From contig OZ243972.1 in NCBI GenBank assembly GCA_965214705.1, forward strand, positions 3,552,001-3,616,000: a stretch of 64,000 nt of DNA, read 5' to 3'. Under the pieces are notes generated by a model, which saw nothing but the letters and a program-made list of their open reading frames with translations, did not search any database and was not told where the DNA came from. The stretch comes from Alphaproteobacteria bacterium. GTDB lineage: Bacteria > Pseudomonadota > Alphaproteobacteria > UBA828. Both the position numbers and the translations under genes were made by a program. Shown in pieces: positions 12,103-23,218 of the stretch; within the stretch, counting starts at the first letter, position 1; each line of letters opens with the position of its first letter.

Positions 12103-13467
12103 TTACTGGATCAACGGCGACCAGGCCGGATCGGAGGCCGCCGTGCTCGTGAAGAGGATGCGCTCGTTGCGCCCCGTCAAGTCGATGGTGACCAGTTCGG
12201 CGCTATCGGGATCACGCGAACTCGAACGGAAAAACATGAGCACACGCCCGTTCGGCGCCCAAGTCGGGCCTTCCACCAGATAGTCTCGCGCCAGGATTCG
12301 CTCGCCACTCCCGTCGGTCTTCATGACGCCGATCGAGAACTGGCCGCGATGGCTCTTGGTGAAGGCGATCAGGTCGCCGCGCGGCGACCATACCGGGGTC
12401 CCGTAGCGGCCTTCGCCGAAGGTGATGCGGCGCACGTCGCTCCCGTCGCGCCGCATCACGTAAATCTGCTGGCTGCCGCCTCGGTCCGATTCGAAGGCGA
12501 TGAACTGGCCGTCCGGCGAGTAGCAGGGCGCGGTCTCGATCGCCGGGTTGTTGGTGAGCCGCCTAGTTCCACGCGAGCGCAAGTCCATCTCGTAGATTTC
12601 CGAATTTCCGTCGCGCGCCAACGTCATGACCACATGATTTCCGTCGGGCGAAAAACGTGGCGCGAAGGTCATGCCGGGGAAATCGCCGAGGATCTCCTGC
12701 TGGCCGGTGTCGATGTGACGCAGGTAGACCTTCGGCACACCGCGCTCGTAGGAGAGGTAAGTGATCTCCTGCGCGGTCGGCGAAAAGCGAGGGGTCAGCA
12801 CCAGATGGCGGCCGTCCGACAAGTAGCGCAGGTTGTGGCCGTCCTGATCCATGATCGCGAGGCGCTTGATGCGCTTGTCGGGCGGCCCGGTCTCGGCGAT
12901 GTAGACGACCCGGGTGTGGAAATAGCCGCTCTCGCCGGTCAGCCGCTCGTAGATCTTGTCGGACATCGTGTGGGCGATTGGTCGCCACGCTTCGGCCGAG
13001 CCGCTCAGCTTCAGTCCCACCAGGTCTTGCTCCGCGAACACGTCCCACAGGCGAAATTCGACCGTGAGTCGACCGGTGTCGCTGGGTACCACGCGACCCG
13101 TCACCAACGCTTGCGCATTGATGATGCGCCAATCCTGGAAGCGCGGCCGCACGCTCATTCCGCCCGCATCACTGATAAAGGCGGCCGGATCGATGGCGCG
13201 GAACAGGCCGGAGCGCTCCAAATTTCGGGTGATCACTTGTGTGATCTGCCGGCCAATCTTGGCATCCGCCTCATTCGCGCCGGCGAGATCGACCAGCGCG
13301 ATGGGAAGCGGCTCCACGTGGCCGCGCGTGATGTCCACGCGGAGCTCGGCCTTGGCAGTGTTGGCGGCCGCGAGGAGCACCAGGGTGAGGACGACGGCGG
13401 CTGGGAGGAGCAGGGCCTGGCGCGCCGTGTGCCCAACATGTCCACTCAGTGTCAGCAATCGTCTCAT
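12103..13467 (-). CDS. tolB: Tol-Pal beta-propeller protein TolB
   Basis: [15 protein letters not shown]40 repeats ([20 protein letters not shown]). Confidence 0.95.
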   Translation of the reverse strand: MRRLLTLSGHVGHTARQALLLPAAVVLTLVLLAAANTAKAELRVDITRGHVEPLPIALVDLAGANEADAKIGRQITQVITRNLERSGLFRAIDPAAFISDAGGMSVRPRFQDWRIINAQALVTGRVVPSDTGRLTVEFRLWDVFAEQDLVGLKLSGSAEAWRPIAHTMSDKIYERLTGESGYFHTRVVYIAETGPPDKRIKRLAIMDQDGHNLRYLSDGRHLVLTPRFSPTAQEITYLSYERGVPKVYLRHIDTGQQEILGDFPGMTFAPRFSPDGNHVVMTLARDGNSEIYEMDLRSRGTRRLTNNPAIETAPCYSPDGQFIAFESDRGGSQQIYVMRRDGSDVRRITFGEGRYGTPVWSPRGDLIAFTKSHRGQFSIGVMKTDGSGERILARDYLVEGPTWAPNGRVLMFFRSSSRDPDSAELVTIDLTGRNERILFTSTAASDPAWSPLIQ

Positions 13468-13519
13468 TGTCGCACCGTCGGTTCCTTTGTTTCGATCCTA
13501 TGCAATCCCGGCGAACGCC

Positions 13520-14473
13520 TCACACCGGTGGACTGAAGGTCATGGTGATGTCGCGCCAACCCTCATACTTGTCCACGTGACGCGTCAGGGCATCGAAGGG
13601 GCTGGCCTTCAGCACGGCACGGCGGCCACTCTCCGCCATCGTCCTGTAGTTGGCGCCCCCGCCGTCGTCGACGATCTCTACCCGGCGAACGGACCCGTCC
13701 GGTCCCAACTGGATCCTCAACGTCACCACCAACTCGCCGGCATCGAGGACGCCGGCCGGAACGCTCCAGTTCCGCTCGACCTTCTGCTTGATGGCATCGG
13801 TGATCGTCTGCCGCAAGGGCCCGGTGAGAGGAGCCGGTGCATTGGCCTCCGGGGGCAGTTCGTCATCCACACCGGCGATGCTCGCGAGCATGTCATCGAA
13901 GGACGGCTCCTCCGTCTTTTTCTCGGGCGGCGGGGTTGCGTCGGGCTCTTCGTCCGTGAGGCTTTGCAGCAGGGTGTCGAAGCTCGGCTTCTTCTTCACC
14001 GGTGGCTTGGCAATGGGAAGCGGCGGTGGCCCGGGGTCGGGCGGCGGATCCGGCTTCACCTCGGGTGCCTTCGGCGCCGGCTCAGGCTCGGGCTCTACGA
14101 CGGGCTCCGGCGGCGGCGCCGGTTCCACAATCGGCTCCAGCTCTGGCTCAATGACCGGCTCCGGATCCAACGCGGCGAAGACCTCGGGCTCCGGTTCCGG
14201 CACAGGCTCCGGCTCGGGCTCTGCGACGACCTCGGGCTCCGGCTCCGGTTCGGGTTCCGGCGCAGCCTCGGGGATCGGCTCCGGCTCTGGCTCGGGCTTG
14301 GCCTCCTCGGCGGGAGCAGTCGACTCCTCGGCGAACTCCACCACGCTGACCACGATCGGCTGATCGCTGGGGACGAGCGCGTCGCTCTCGAACACCTGTG
14401 GCAGGCCCAGCACCGCGGCGACGATCACGCCGACATGGAGCAGGCCGGAGAAGAGCCAACCGCGCTTACTCAT
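13520..14473 (-). CDS. tolA: Cell envelope integrity protein TolA
   Basis: N-terminal TM with SxxxH, long Pro/Glu linker, TonB-C-like C-terminus; between tolR and tolB. Confidence 0.85.
   Translation of the reverse strand: MSKRGWLFSGLLHVGVIVAAVLGLPQVFESDALVPSDQPIVVSVVEFAEESTAPAEEAKPEPEPEPIPEAAPEPEPEPEPEVVAEPEPEPVPEPEPEVFAALDPEPVIEPELEPIVEPAPPPEPVVEPEPEPAPKAPEVKPDPPPDPGPPPLPIAKPPVKKKPSFDTLLQSLTDEEPDATPPPEKKTEEPSFDDMLASIAGVDDELPPEANAPAPLTGPLRQTITDAIKQKVERNWSVPAGVLDAGELVVTLRIQLGPDGSVRRVEIVDDGGGANYRTMAESGRRAVLKASPFDALTRHVDKYEGWRDITMTFSPPV
14030..14300 (-). repeat. Low-complexity (EP)n coding repeat in the TolA linker
   Basis: Recurrent GAGCCG/GAACCG hexamers on the minus strand encoding PEPEPEP. 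Confidence 0.8.
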
Positions 14474-14920
14474 CGCTCCCCGCCGTGCGCGGCTCCGTCA
14501 CCAGCGCCAGGTTGTTGAAGCCCGCGCGGTTGAGCGCGCCCATGACCTCCATCACGCGGCCGTAGGCGATCTCCTGGTCGCCCCGGATGAAAATTCGAAC
14601 GTCGGGGCGGCGCTCGGTGATCGCCTTGAGCTTGGGAATCAGCTCATCCACGGTCACCTCGGTTTCCTGAAGATAGGTGGTGCCGTCGCGGGCGACGGTG
14701 ACCGAGAGCGGCTCGTCGTCTCCCGGCAAGGGCGGTGCATCGGACTTGGGCAGATCGACCTCAACGCCGACTGTCAGCAGCGGTGCCGTGATCATGAAGA
14801 TCACCAGGAGCACCAGCATGACGTCGACGAAGGGCGTGACGTTGATCTGGCTCATGGGCGGGCGCCGGCGGCGTCCGCCTCTGCTGCGGCCGTTGAGCGC
14901 TCCGTCAAACTCGGCCGCCA

Positions 14921-14921
<1 letters not shown>
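14466..14921 (-). CDS. tolR: TolR
   Basis: [22 protein letters not shown]. Confidence 0.94.
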
Positions 14922-15655
<734 letters not shown>

Positions 15656-15665
15656 ATCTCCCCCG

Positions 15666-16136
15666 TTACCGCCGGCCCGCCGGTACCAGTTCCGCAAGCG
15701 CCTCGCGCAACGGCGTCGGCAGCCGTACCGCGCGGCCGTTGCGCCCGACGCAGCCAAGCTTGAGGCCGATGCTGGCGAGCAGCGCCCCCGCGCGCATCAC
15801 GCGTTGCTCGGCCTCGATATGGGCGCCGGCCACCCTGTCGATGGTCGTGCGAACTTCGATCTCATCGTCGAGCAGAGCCGGCTGCCGGTAATCCACGGTG
15901 CAGCGCCTCACGACGAAGGCTGCGTCGTGGTCACCCAGCAGTGTGACGTGGGTGATGCCGGCGCCCCGCATCATCTCGGTCCGCGCCCGTTCGGCGAACT
16001 TGAGGTAGTTGGCGTAGTAGACGATGCCGCTCGCGTCGGTGTCCTCGTAGTAGACCCGGATCGCATAGACATGCTCGGCGCCGTCGAAGCGGCCGCCGAG
16101 CAGCGCCATGGGCGTGTCCGCTTCAACGGCTGTCAT
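15666..16136 (-). CDS. ybgC: Tol-Pal-associated acyl-CoA thioesterase YbgC
   Basis: [28 protein letters not shown]. Confidence 0.92.
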   Translation of the reverse strand: MTAVEADTPMALLGGRFDGAEHVYAIRVYYEDTDASGIVYYANYLKFAERARTEMMRGAGITHVTLLGDHDAAFVVRRCTVDYRQPALLDDEIEVRTTIDRVAGAHIEAEQRVMRAGALLASIGLKLGCVGRNGRAVRLPTPLREALAELVPAGRR

Positions 16137-17169
16137 GGCCTTCGTCAAGCAGGGCGAGTTGACGCGGCGCGTCCTCCGGCTGCGCCAGGCCCAGATGACC
16201 GAAGCCGTGCCGGGTAAGCATTCGGCCACGCGGCGTCCGCTGCACGAAGCCCTGTTGGATCAAAAACGGCTCGATCACCTCTTCCAACGCGTCGCGCTGT
16301 TCGGAGAGCGCTGCCGCGATGGTCTCGATGCCGACCGGGCCACCGCCGTAGTTCTCCGCGATGCACGAGAGGTAGCGGCGGTCCATCGAATCGAGGCCGC
16401 GCTGGTCGACCTCCAGCCGGTTGAGGGCCCGATCCGCGACGGCGGCGTCGATGGTCTCGACACCCGCGACCGCCGCGAAGTCGCGCACGCGTCGCAGCAG
16501 CCTGCCGGCGATGCGGGGCGTGCCGCGGGAGCGGGCGGCGACCTCTGCCGCCCCGTCGGCGCTCAGCCCGACGTCGAGGAGCCCCGCGTTTCGGGTCACG
16601 ATCTCGACCAGCTCGTCGACCTCGTAGAAGTCGAGCCTGAGCGGAATGCCGAAGCGCTCGCGCAACGGCGTGGTGATGAGGCCGGTGCGCGTGGTCGCGC
16701 CGACCAGGGTGAAGGGCGGCAGATCGATCCGAACCGAGCGCGCGCCCGGCCCCTCGCCGATGATAAGGTCGAGCTGAAAATCCTCCATGGCCGGGTAGAG
16801 GATTTCTTCCACCGCCGGGTTGAGGCGGTGGATCTCGTCGATGAACAGCACATCGCGCTCGTCCAGGTTGGTCAGGATCGCCGCCAGGTCGCCGGCGCGG
16901 GCGATCACCGGACCGGAGGTCGCCCGAATTCCGACACCGAGCTCGCGGGCGACGATCTGTGCCAGCGTGGTCTTGCCGAGGCCGGGCGGCCCGTAGAAGA
17001 GCACGTGGTCCAGGGCCTCGCCGCGCTCGGCCGCGGCGGCGATGAAGACCCGCAGATTCTCGCGCACCGCGCGCTGGCCCACGAAGTCGTCCAGCTTGCG
17101 CGGCCTGAGCCCGCTGTCGAGCCGGTCTTCGGGCTCCGCTGCGCCGGTGACGATTCGGGCCTCGCTCAC
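16123..17169 (-). CDS. ruvB: Holliday junction branch migration helicase RuvB
   Basis: [25 protein letters not shown]. Confidence 0.97.
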   Translation of the reverse strand: MSEARIVTGAAEPEDRLDSGLRPRKLDDFVGQRAVRENLRVFIAAAAERGEALDHVLFYGPPGLGKTTLAQIVARELGVGIRATSGPVIARAGDLAAILTNLDERDVLFIDEIHRLNPAVEEILYPAMEDFQLDLIIGEGPGARSVRIDLPPFTLVGATTRTGLITTPLRERFGIPLRLDFYEVDELVEIVTRNAGLLDVGLSADGAAEVAARSRGTPRIAGRLLRRVRDFAAVAGVETIDAAVADRALNRLEVDQRGLDSMDRRYLSCIAENYGGGPVGIETIAAALSEQRDALEEVIEPFLIQQGFVQRTPRGRMLTRHGFGHLGLAQPEDAPRQLALLDEGHDSR

Positions 17170-17759
17170 TGCGCGAGCTCCTTAAGGCCGGCGCGGATCA
17201 GAGCTTCTACCGGGGCCTCGGCGCCGAGCGTGCGAGCCGCGCCCGAGACCGCGCCGTGGGCCTCGGTCGGGCGGTAGCCGAGGTTGACGAGGGCCGCGAT
17301 GGCATCGGCGTTCGCCGTTCCGTCGACGATCGTGGCCGTAGGTGCTGCACCCGGTAGGGATGGCACCTTGTCCTTGAGTTCGCTCAGGATGCGCGCCGCG
17401 AGCTTGGGCCCCACCCCCGGCGCGCGGGTGAGTCCCGCCTTGTCCTGCGCGGCGATGCAGGCGGAAAGCTCAGCTGCGGGCAGCGCGCCCAGGATTGCGA
17501 GCGCGAGACGGGCGCCGACGCTCTGCACGGTTTGCAACAGGCGGAACCACTCGCGCTCCTGCTCGCTGGAGAAGCCGTAGAGATGGATGTGATCCTCGCG
17601 CACCACGGTCTCGATGGTGAGGCTCACTTCCTGCCCCCGCGACGGCAGGGAGGCGAGCGTGCCGGCGGAGCAATATGTGAGGTAGCCCACGCCACCGACA
17701 TCGACGACCGCCCAGCCATCACCGAGGCTGTCGAGGACGCCGCTCAACTTGGCGATCAT
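17166..17759 (-). CDS. ruvA: Holliday junction branch migration protein RuvA
   Basis: [40 protein letters not shown]. Confidence 0.95.
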   Translation of the reverse strand: MIAKLSGVLDSLGDGWAVVDVGGVGYLTYCSAGTLASLPSRGQEVSLTIETVVREDHIHLYGFSSEQEREWFRLLQTVQSVGARLALAILGALPAAELSACIAAQDKAGLTRAPGVGPKLAARILSELKDKVPSLPGAAPTATIVDGTANADAIAALVNLGYRPTEAHGAVSGAARTLGAEAPVEALIRAGLKELAQ

Positions 17760-18280
17760 CGGGCCACCTTGGCCGTCGCTGGCTCTGCGGACGGCTGCCA
17801 ATGGGCATGGGTGCCTGCGGAATGGGCGTGGCAGATCGCAGCGGCGAGCGCGTCCGTCGCGTCCGCCGCGGCGTCACCGACGCCGGGCAACAGGTGGCGG
17901 ACCATCAGCGCGACCTGCTCCTTGTCGGCATGCCCGGCGCCCACCAGCGCCTTCTTGATCCGGTTCGCCGCGTATTCGTGGACGGGAAGGCCGGCGAGCG
18001 CCGGCGCCAGCAGCGCGACGCCCCGCGCGAGACCGAGCTTTAGGGTCGACTCAGGGTTGCGGTTGACGAAGGTCTCCTCGACGACCGCCTCGTCCGGCTC
18101 GTACCGCGCGACGATTTCGACGAGGCCTTCGTGCAGGGCGCAGAGGCGCTCCGGCACGCTCGCGCCGGAGTCGGTGGCGACCACGCCGTGTCCGACGTGG
18201 CGCAGCCGGTTGCCGGCGGTCTCGATCACGCCCCAGCCGGTCCGACGGAGACCGGGATCGAGGCCGAGAACACGCGCCAT
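17756..18280 (-). CDS. ruvC: Crossover junction endodeoxyribonuclease RuvC
   Basis: [30 protein letters not shown]. Confidence 0.95.
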   Translation of the reverse strand: MARVLGLDPGLRRTGWGVIETAGNRLRHVGHGVVATDSGASVPERLCALHEGLVEIVARYEPDEAVVEETFVNRNPESTLKLGLARGVALLAPALAGLPVHEYAANRIKKALVGAGHADKEQVALMVRHLLPGVGDAAADATDALAAAICHAHSAGTHAHWQPSAEPATAKVAR

Positions 18281-18295
18281 GCCAGCCGCCCCTGC

Positions 18296-19048
18296 TCAGG
18301 CCGAGAGCTTGCGCAGGACATCGTCGGTGACATCGTAGTTCGCCGACACCTGCTGCACGTCGTCGCTGTCGTCGAGCGCTTCCAGCAGCCTGAAGACGGC
18401 CTCCGCCTTGTCTTCGCCGATGGGCACGGTGGTCTGCGGTCGCCAGGCGATCTCGACCCGCTCCGGTGCTCCGAACTGCGCGGTCAGCGCTTCGCTCGCC
18501 TCGCTGAGGGAATCGGGCGCGCAGATCACCTCGTGCCCGTCCTCTTCGCTTTCGCACTCGTCGGCGCCTACCTCCAGCGCCGCTTCGAACATGTCGTCGC
18601 CGCTGGCCGCATCCGAGGAAAAGCGAATGACCCCAACACGTTGGAACAGATAGTTCACAGAGCCCGTCTCGCCGAGCGTGCCGCCGTGGCGGCTGAAGAT
18701 CGAGCGGATCGTGGCTGCGGTGCGGTTGCGGTTGTCGGTGATGGCATCGACGATGACGGCGACGCCGCCCGGCCCGAACCCTTCGTAGCTCAGCGTGTCG
18801 AAGCGTTCCTGGCTGCCGTCCCCGCCCGCCGCCTTCTTGATGGCGCGCTCGATGTTGTCCTTGGGCACGCTCTGCGACTTGGCCGCCGCGACGGCGGTGC
18901 GCAGCCTGGGATTATGGTCGGGGTCGGGTGTGCCTTCCCTGGCCGCGACATAGACCTCGCGGATCAGCTTGGTGAACCGCTTGGCCCGCCGGGCATCTTG
19001 CGCGCCCTTGCGGTACATGATGTTGGCCCATTTGGAGTGGCCGGCCAT
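18296..19048 (-). CDS. yebC: YebC/PmpR family protein
   Basis: MAGHSKWANI, YEGFGPGG, TDNRNRT, DDVQQV. Confidence 0.95.
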   Translation of the reverse strand: MAGHSKWANIMYRKGAQDARRAKRFTKLIREVYVAAREGTPDPDHNPRLRTAVAAAKSQSVPKDNIERAIKKAAGGDGSQERFDTLSYEGFGPGGVAVIVDAITDNRNRTAATIRSIFSRHGGTLGETGSVNYLFQRVGVIRFSSDAASGDDMFEAALEVGADECESEEDGHEVICAPDSLSEASEALTAQFGAPERVEIAWRPQTTVPIGEDKAEAVFRLLEALDDSDDVQQVSANYDVTDDVLRKLSA

Positions 19049-19315
19049 GGGCTCTACTCAGTCGTGTGGGAAGACACGGGTCGGCGACGCGAGTTGGCGG
19101 CGTCTCTCATTACCCTGCCTAAATGCTCATTGTGGCCAGATTGGGGCAGTCTCTCTTGGGTTGGTACTACATATTGTATAGCGCGTCACCCCTGAAACCT
19201 ACACCATCCATACGGAAGAGACGATTAGGGCAGGGGCGGGTCGCAGAAACAGCCGGTCATCCAAATTTCGCTTGATACGCGCGCAACACGAGTGCGGTGT
19301 TCAGCTTCTGGTTGC

Positions 19316-19744
19316 TCAAATCAGGCAATAGTGCCGATCTTCGGCGCCAGGAACGGCACTCGAATCGATTCGGGCGTCGAATGTGACAAACCGGCCACCG
19401 TGCGCAACGGCGAGGGCCAGAAGATATACATCGGTGATTTGTCTCGGGCCGATCAGCTTCCTCCAATCGACCACGTCTCGACTGAGCAGACTCACAGTAT
19501 CGGGCCAGAAGCGGTGGTGAGCAGTTGCGGTTGCCCGCCGAAGACGTTCGGCAACGAGGGGTGTCGATTGGCGGTTGGGGTAGGTGGGTTGGGACATGAT
19601 TCTCACACACCCGTTTTCGGTGAGCGGGCAGGTGGCCCAACCCGGATCGATGTTGTCCCGCAGCCAGCGCATGGAGGGCCGGTGGTGAATGTGGTCGGAA
19701 TCCAGCAGCGCGATCAGGACGTTCACGTCCAGTAGCGCGCGCAT
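19316..19744 (-). CDS. vapC: VapC-type PIN domain ribonuclease toxin
   Basis: LLDVNVLIAL...TENG...QITDVYLLALA...TFD acidic PIN residues. Confidence 0.88.
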   Translation of the reverse strand: MRALLDVNVLIALLDSDHIHHRPSMRWLRDNIDPGWATCPLTENGCVRIMSQPTYPNRQSTPLVAERLRRATATAHHRFWPDTVSLLSRDVVDWRKLIGPRQITDVYLLALAVAHGGRFVTFDARIDSSAVPGAEDRHYCLI

Positions 19745-19989
19745 CAGTCGCCGGCTTCCTCGCGCAACCGATCAATCAACTCGTTGGTGACGATCCCGCC
19801 CCGCTTGGGAAACGGATGAAATCCGAATTCGGATTCTTGCTCGGTAACTGCCGTGCCGTCCGCATCCCTTTGCGTCAGAGACTGGCGCAGCAGGCTGGAT
19901 GTCACGTCCCCCAACGACCTGCACTCGCGTTTAGCGAGTTCTTTCACGGCGATGAGTACATCGTCGTCGATGTTCAGGGTGGTTCGCAT
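19744..19989 (-). CDS. vapB: VapB-type (RHH) antitoxin
   Basis: MRTTLNIDDDVL...VTNELIDRLRE; its stop overlaps the PIN gene start by 1 nt. Confidence 0.82.
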   Translation of the reverse strand: MRTTLNIDDDVLIAVKELAKRECRSLGDVTSSLLRQSLTQRDADGTAVTEQESEFGFHPFPKRGGIVTNELIDRLREEAGD

Positions 19990-20011
19990 GATCGCCCCCA
20001 ACCAAAATTAC

Positions 20012-20043
20012 GTGATGCTATCGCATCACACATCAAACATCAA
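20012..20043. promoter_or_regulatory. Putative vapBC autoregulatory operator
   Basis: Perfect inverted repeat GTGATGC-TATC-GCATCAC (20012-20029) plus CATCA at 20024, 20031 and 20038 (7-bp period), just upstream of the antitoxin. Confidence 0.6.
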
Positions 20044-20086
20044 CGCCGACTTGGATCGCCGCCGCGCAATTCTCGCGTCCCTTCCT

Positions 20087-20914
20087 CTATCCCTCTGACA
20101 CCCTCACGGCGACGAAGCGAAGGCGGGTGTAGTCGGTTACCCAGCGGCCATCGGGGCAGAGGCGGTCCCGAGTGAGCGCGACGGTGCGTTCGATGACCGC
20201 CTCTGCGCGCCCCGGCGGTGCTGCGTCTGTAAAGTTCCCGCCGAACATGGCAATCCAGTCGGCGAGGCCGTTGGGGCAGTCGTCGAGCGGAGTCGGGCGG
20301 GCAAAGTAGCGGAGCTGCGTCACGTCGAAGCCGCCGTCCTCCAGCAGGCCGACGTAACGGCTCGTGCGCGGGAAGTACCAAGGGAAGTCGATCGCCTCGG
20401 CCGGGACGCCTTCCTCGGCCAGCGCCTGGTAAAGCGCATCGGTGATGATCCGCACGTTGCGGTGCGCGCCCATCTCGGCAACGAACCGGCCGCCGGGCCT
20501 GAGCGCGCCGGCAACGCAGGCGATGACCCGCGCGGGCTCCTCCTTCATCCAGTGAAGCGCGGCGTTGGAGAAGACCGCGTCCGCGTGGTCTTCGATGGCG
20601 AAATCCCGCCCGTCGGCATGCTGGAAGGTGAGGTGCGGGTGAAGCGCGCGGGCGCGTTCGACCATCGCCGCGTCGCCGTCGATTCCTATCACCTCAGCGC
20701 CGCGCGCGGCGATGGCCGCCGTCAGCTTCCCGGTGCCGCAGCCGAGATCGACGATCCGCTCGCCCGGCTTGGGCGCGAGCAGATCGACCATGTCGGTGGC
20801 GAAGGCCGAGACGAAACCGAATGAGCGGTCGTAGAGGCCGGCGTTCCAGGTCGCGTCTGCGCCTGAACCTGTGTCCACGCCCGCGGCGTTCCCCTCCGCC
20901 GATTGCCGAGCCAT
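20087..20914 (-). CDS. Class I SAM-dependent methyltransferase (Tam-like)
   Basis: VDLGCGTG, DAVFSNAALHW, LRPGGRF. Confidence 0.88.
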   Translation of the reverse strand: MARQSAEGNAAGVDTGSGADATWNAGLYDRSFGFVSAFATDMVDLLAPKPGERIVDLGCGTGKLTAAIAARGAEVIGIDGDAAMVERARALHPHLTFQHADGRDFAIEDHADAVFSNAALHWMKEEPARVIACVAGALRPGGRFVAEMGAHRNVRIITDALYQALAEEGVPAEAIDFPWYFPRTSRYVGLLEDGGFDVTQLRYFARPTPLDDCPNGLADWIAMFGGNFTDAAPPGRAEAVIERTVALTRDRLCPDGRWVTDYTRLRFVAVRVSEG

Positions 20915-20932
20915 GCGTGCGTGCCGTGCCGG

Positions 20933-21727
20933 CTAATCGTCCGCAGTTTGATGGTCGCGGGCGGTGTCCATCATGGCGTGGATCATCTTCGGACGCGGCA
21001 CGGCAGGCTTGGGATGCGCCACCGGGCTGTGGCTGTGACCGAGGCCCAGCACCGTCTCCACCATCTTGAGCGCGAGCGGGCCCGGATTGACCACGGGGAC
21101 GGGCAGGTTCTCAGAGAGATAGGGCCCGGCCTGCGAGAGCGTGGTCGAACCGAGGACGATCACGTCGGCGCCCTTGGCGAGACCCCTCTCACAGGTCTCC
21201 TTCATGATGGGGAATACCTCCGCCTCGCGGCCGGTGAACAGCGCCCTCATGTCCGACTTCGCCTCGAACAGCTCGACCGAGGAGCAGAACTGGGAAACCT
21301 CGAACTTCTTGAACAGGTTCTTGTAAAAGGCGAGCCAGGCGTCGGTGTACTGCGGATATGAGGGGTCGGTCTGCGCGATCACGCAGAAGCGGGTCCCGAG
21401 GGTGAGCGCGTAGAGCAGCGACGACTTGCCGTTCGAGACCACGGGGATGTCCAACACGGCGCGCAGTTCGGCGACGCCGGAATCGCTCAACGTGTTGACC
21501 GTGATGGCGTCATAGCCCTCCTCGGCCAGCGCCATGCCGGCTTCGAGGATGGCGAACTCGACCAGAAACTCGTCGTGGCGGCCGAGGAAGTGCATCGGCC
21601 CCGCCTTGAGCGGCTTGTAGTCGAAGGTGACATTGCCCGAGAGCTCGACCTGCTCCAACTCGGCACGCCTGTAGTCGAGGCCCTCCTCATCATACGGAAA
21701 CGGCACGATCACTGCGGCGCGTGGCAT
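20933..21727 (-). CDS. Asp/Glu/hydantoin racemase family protein with non-cysteine active site
   Basis: GYDAITVNTLSDSG, LRAVLDIPVV, GADVIVLGSTT, VPVVNP. Confidence 0.78.
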   Translation of the reverse strand: MPRAAVIVPFPYDEEGLDYRRAELEQVELSGNVTFDYKPLKAGPMHFLGRHDEFLVEFAILEAGMALAEEGYDAITVNTLSDSGVAELRAVLDIPVVSNGKSSLLYALTLGTRFCVIAQTDPSYPQYTDAWLAFYKNLFKKFEVSQFCSSVELFEAKSDMRALFTGREAEVFPIMKETCERGLAKGADVIVLGSTTLSQAGPYLSENLPVPVVNPGPLALKMVETVLGLGHSHSPVAHPKPAVPRPKMIHAMMDTARDHQTADD

Positions 21728-21774
21728 GGCGTATCCTCCCTTTGATCCTCGTTTTGTCTGTGCGTGTCCCGGTT

Positions 21775-22695
21775 CTACACGGGGTTTTCGGCGAGCCAGC
21801 CGGCGTATTCGCGCACGCCATCGGTGAATGCGATCTGCGGTCGCCAGCGCAGGACGCGCGCGGCCGCCGAGATGTCGAACTTTCCGTGGCTCTGGTCCTC
21901 CGGGTCGGCGCCCTCACCGAGTGTGATGTTCGCCTCGGGTACTGCTTGCCGCACGGCGTCAGCGATCTCGCCGAATTCCAGGCGCTGGCCGCCCGTAATA
22001 TTGAACGCGCGCTGCGGGCCGATCTCCTCGGCATCAAGCGCCGCGATCACGGCGCTCACGACGTCGTCGATATAGACGTACTGTCGTGTGAAGCCGCGGC
22101 CGTAGGGGAGTGTGGTGGGCTGCCCGGCCTGCGCGTCCTTGATCATCTCGCGCACCACGCAGGTGGTGCGGCGGCGCGGCCCGTAGACCCACGAGAAGCG
22201 TAGCACGACGGCGTCGAGGCCAGTCTGTGCCACGTAAGCGCGGGTCAGGATGTCGCCGGACGCCTTGGTGGCACCGTAGATATCGTCTGCTGCGAGTGGC
22301 GCGTCCTCGGGCACCGGTTCAAGACCGATGGCGGTGTGGCCATAGGCAGACGTGGAGGAGCAGAACACCAGGCGCACGCCTCGTTGGCGTGCGATCTCCA
22401 GCAGGTTGGCAGTGCCCGCGACATTGGTCTCGATCACCGCACGCGGATTGTCGCGGCCCAGCATGGGACCGGACACCGCGCCGCAATGCACGATCGCTTT
22501 GATGTCGCTGCCGCAGATGGCGTGCAGCTTATGAACGTCGGTGAGCTCCGCATCGGTCGAGGAAAACCCGCCGTCCTCCCTGAGCTGGATGCGATCGGTG
22601 CCGATCACGTCGCGTCCTTCACGCGCGAGCCGGGAGGCGACGGCGAAGCCGATCAGTCCCGCCGATCCGGTTACTGCGATTGCTCCCGACGCCAT
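21775..22695 (-). CDS. NAD-dependent epimerase/dehydratase (extended SDR)
   Basis: VTGSAGLIG, SSTSAYG, YGATK, RFSWVYGP. Confidence 0.9.
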   Translation of the reverse strand: MASGAIAVTGSAGLIGFAVASRLAREGRDVIGTDRIQLREDGGFSSTDAELTDVHKLHAICGSDIKAIVHCGAVSGPMLGRDNPRAVIETNVAGTANLLEIARQRGVRLVFCSSTSAYGHTAIGLEPVPEDAPLAADDIYGATKASGDILTRAYVAQTGLDAVVLRFSWVYGPRRRTTCVVREMIKDAQAGQPTTLPYGRGFTRQYVYIDDVVSAVIAALDAEEIGPQRAFNITGGQRLEFGEIADAVRQAVPEANITLGEGADPEDQSHGKFDISAAARVLRWRPQIAFTDGVREYAGWLAENPV

Positions 22696-22854
22696 GGGTT
22701 TCTCCCTGCTGACCCCACCTCGAAGGGTGCGGCGGAGCGGGCGAGCGCGTCAAGCGCGCCAAATCTGTGCGCCGACATGCCGGACTGAACACGTCGCCCT
22801 CGCGTGGCGCGTTCGATCGTCTACAATCACTCCTCCAATGAGCACACACTGCCC

Positions 22855-23199
22855 ATGACCGCCCGCCCCACTCGCGATCCGAAGAAAATTCGGCAGATCC
22901 TCGAACAGGAGCGCGCCGAGCTGCTTGCGCTTAGCGAGGCGGCGGCGGACGAGCGGCGCCCGGTGGCACTCGACCAGCAAAGTGTCGGCCGCGTCTCGCG
23001 CATGGATGCCATGCAGGTGCAGGCGATGGCGCAGTCTGTGGAGGCCCGCCGCCGTGCGCGATTGCCCCTCATCGAGGCGGCGCTGCGCCGGCTTGATACC
23101 GGAGACTACGGCTATTGCACCGATTGCGGGGAGCGAATTCCCGCTAAGCGGCTCGCCATCGACCCGACCATCGCCCGCTGCGTCGACTGTGCCGGTTAG
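22855..23199 (+). CDS. TraR/DksA C4-type zinc finger protein
   Basis: YGYCTDCGERIPAKRL..DP....CVDC; coiled coil with LDQQSVGRVSRMDAMQ. Confidence 0.85.
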   Translation: MTARPTRDPKKIRQILEQERAELLALSEAAADERRPVALDQQSVGRVSRMDAMQVQAMAQSVEARRRARLPLIEAALRRLDTGDYGYCTDCGERIPAKRLAIDPTIARCVDCAG

Positions 23200-23218
23200 T
23201 GGTGGAGACGGCGCTACG

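Noticed and set aside
14030-14300. CRISPR-like or VNTR array
   Set aside because: The repeats are Pro-Glu codons inside tolA; no spacer structure and no cas genes in the window
19049-19315. 6S RNA upstream of yebC
   Set aside because: No recognisable 6S conserved segments, and the usual zapA/ygfA neighbours are absent
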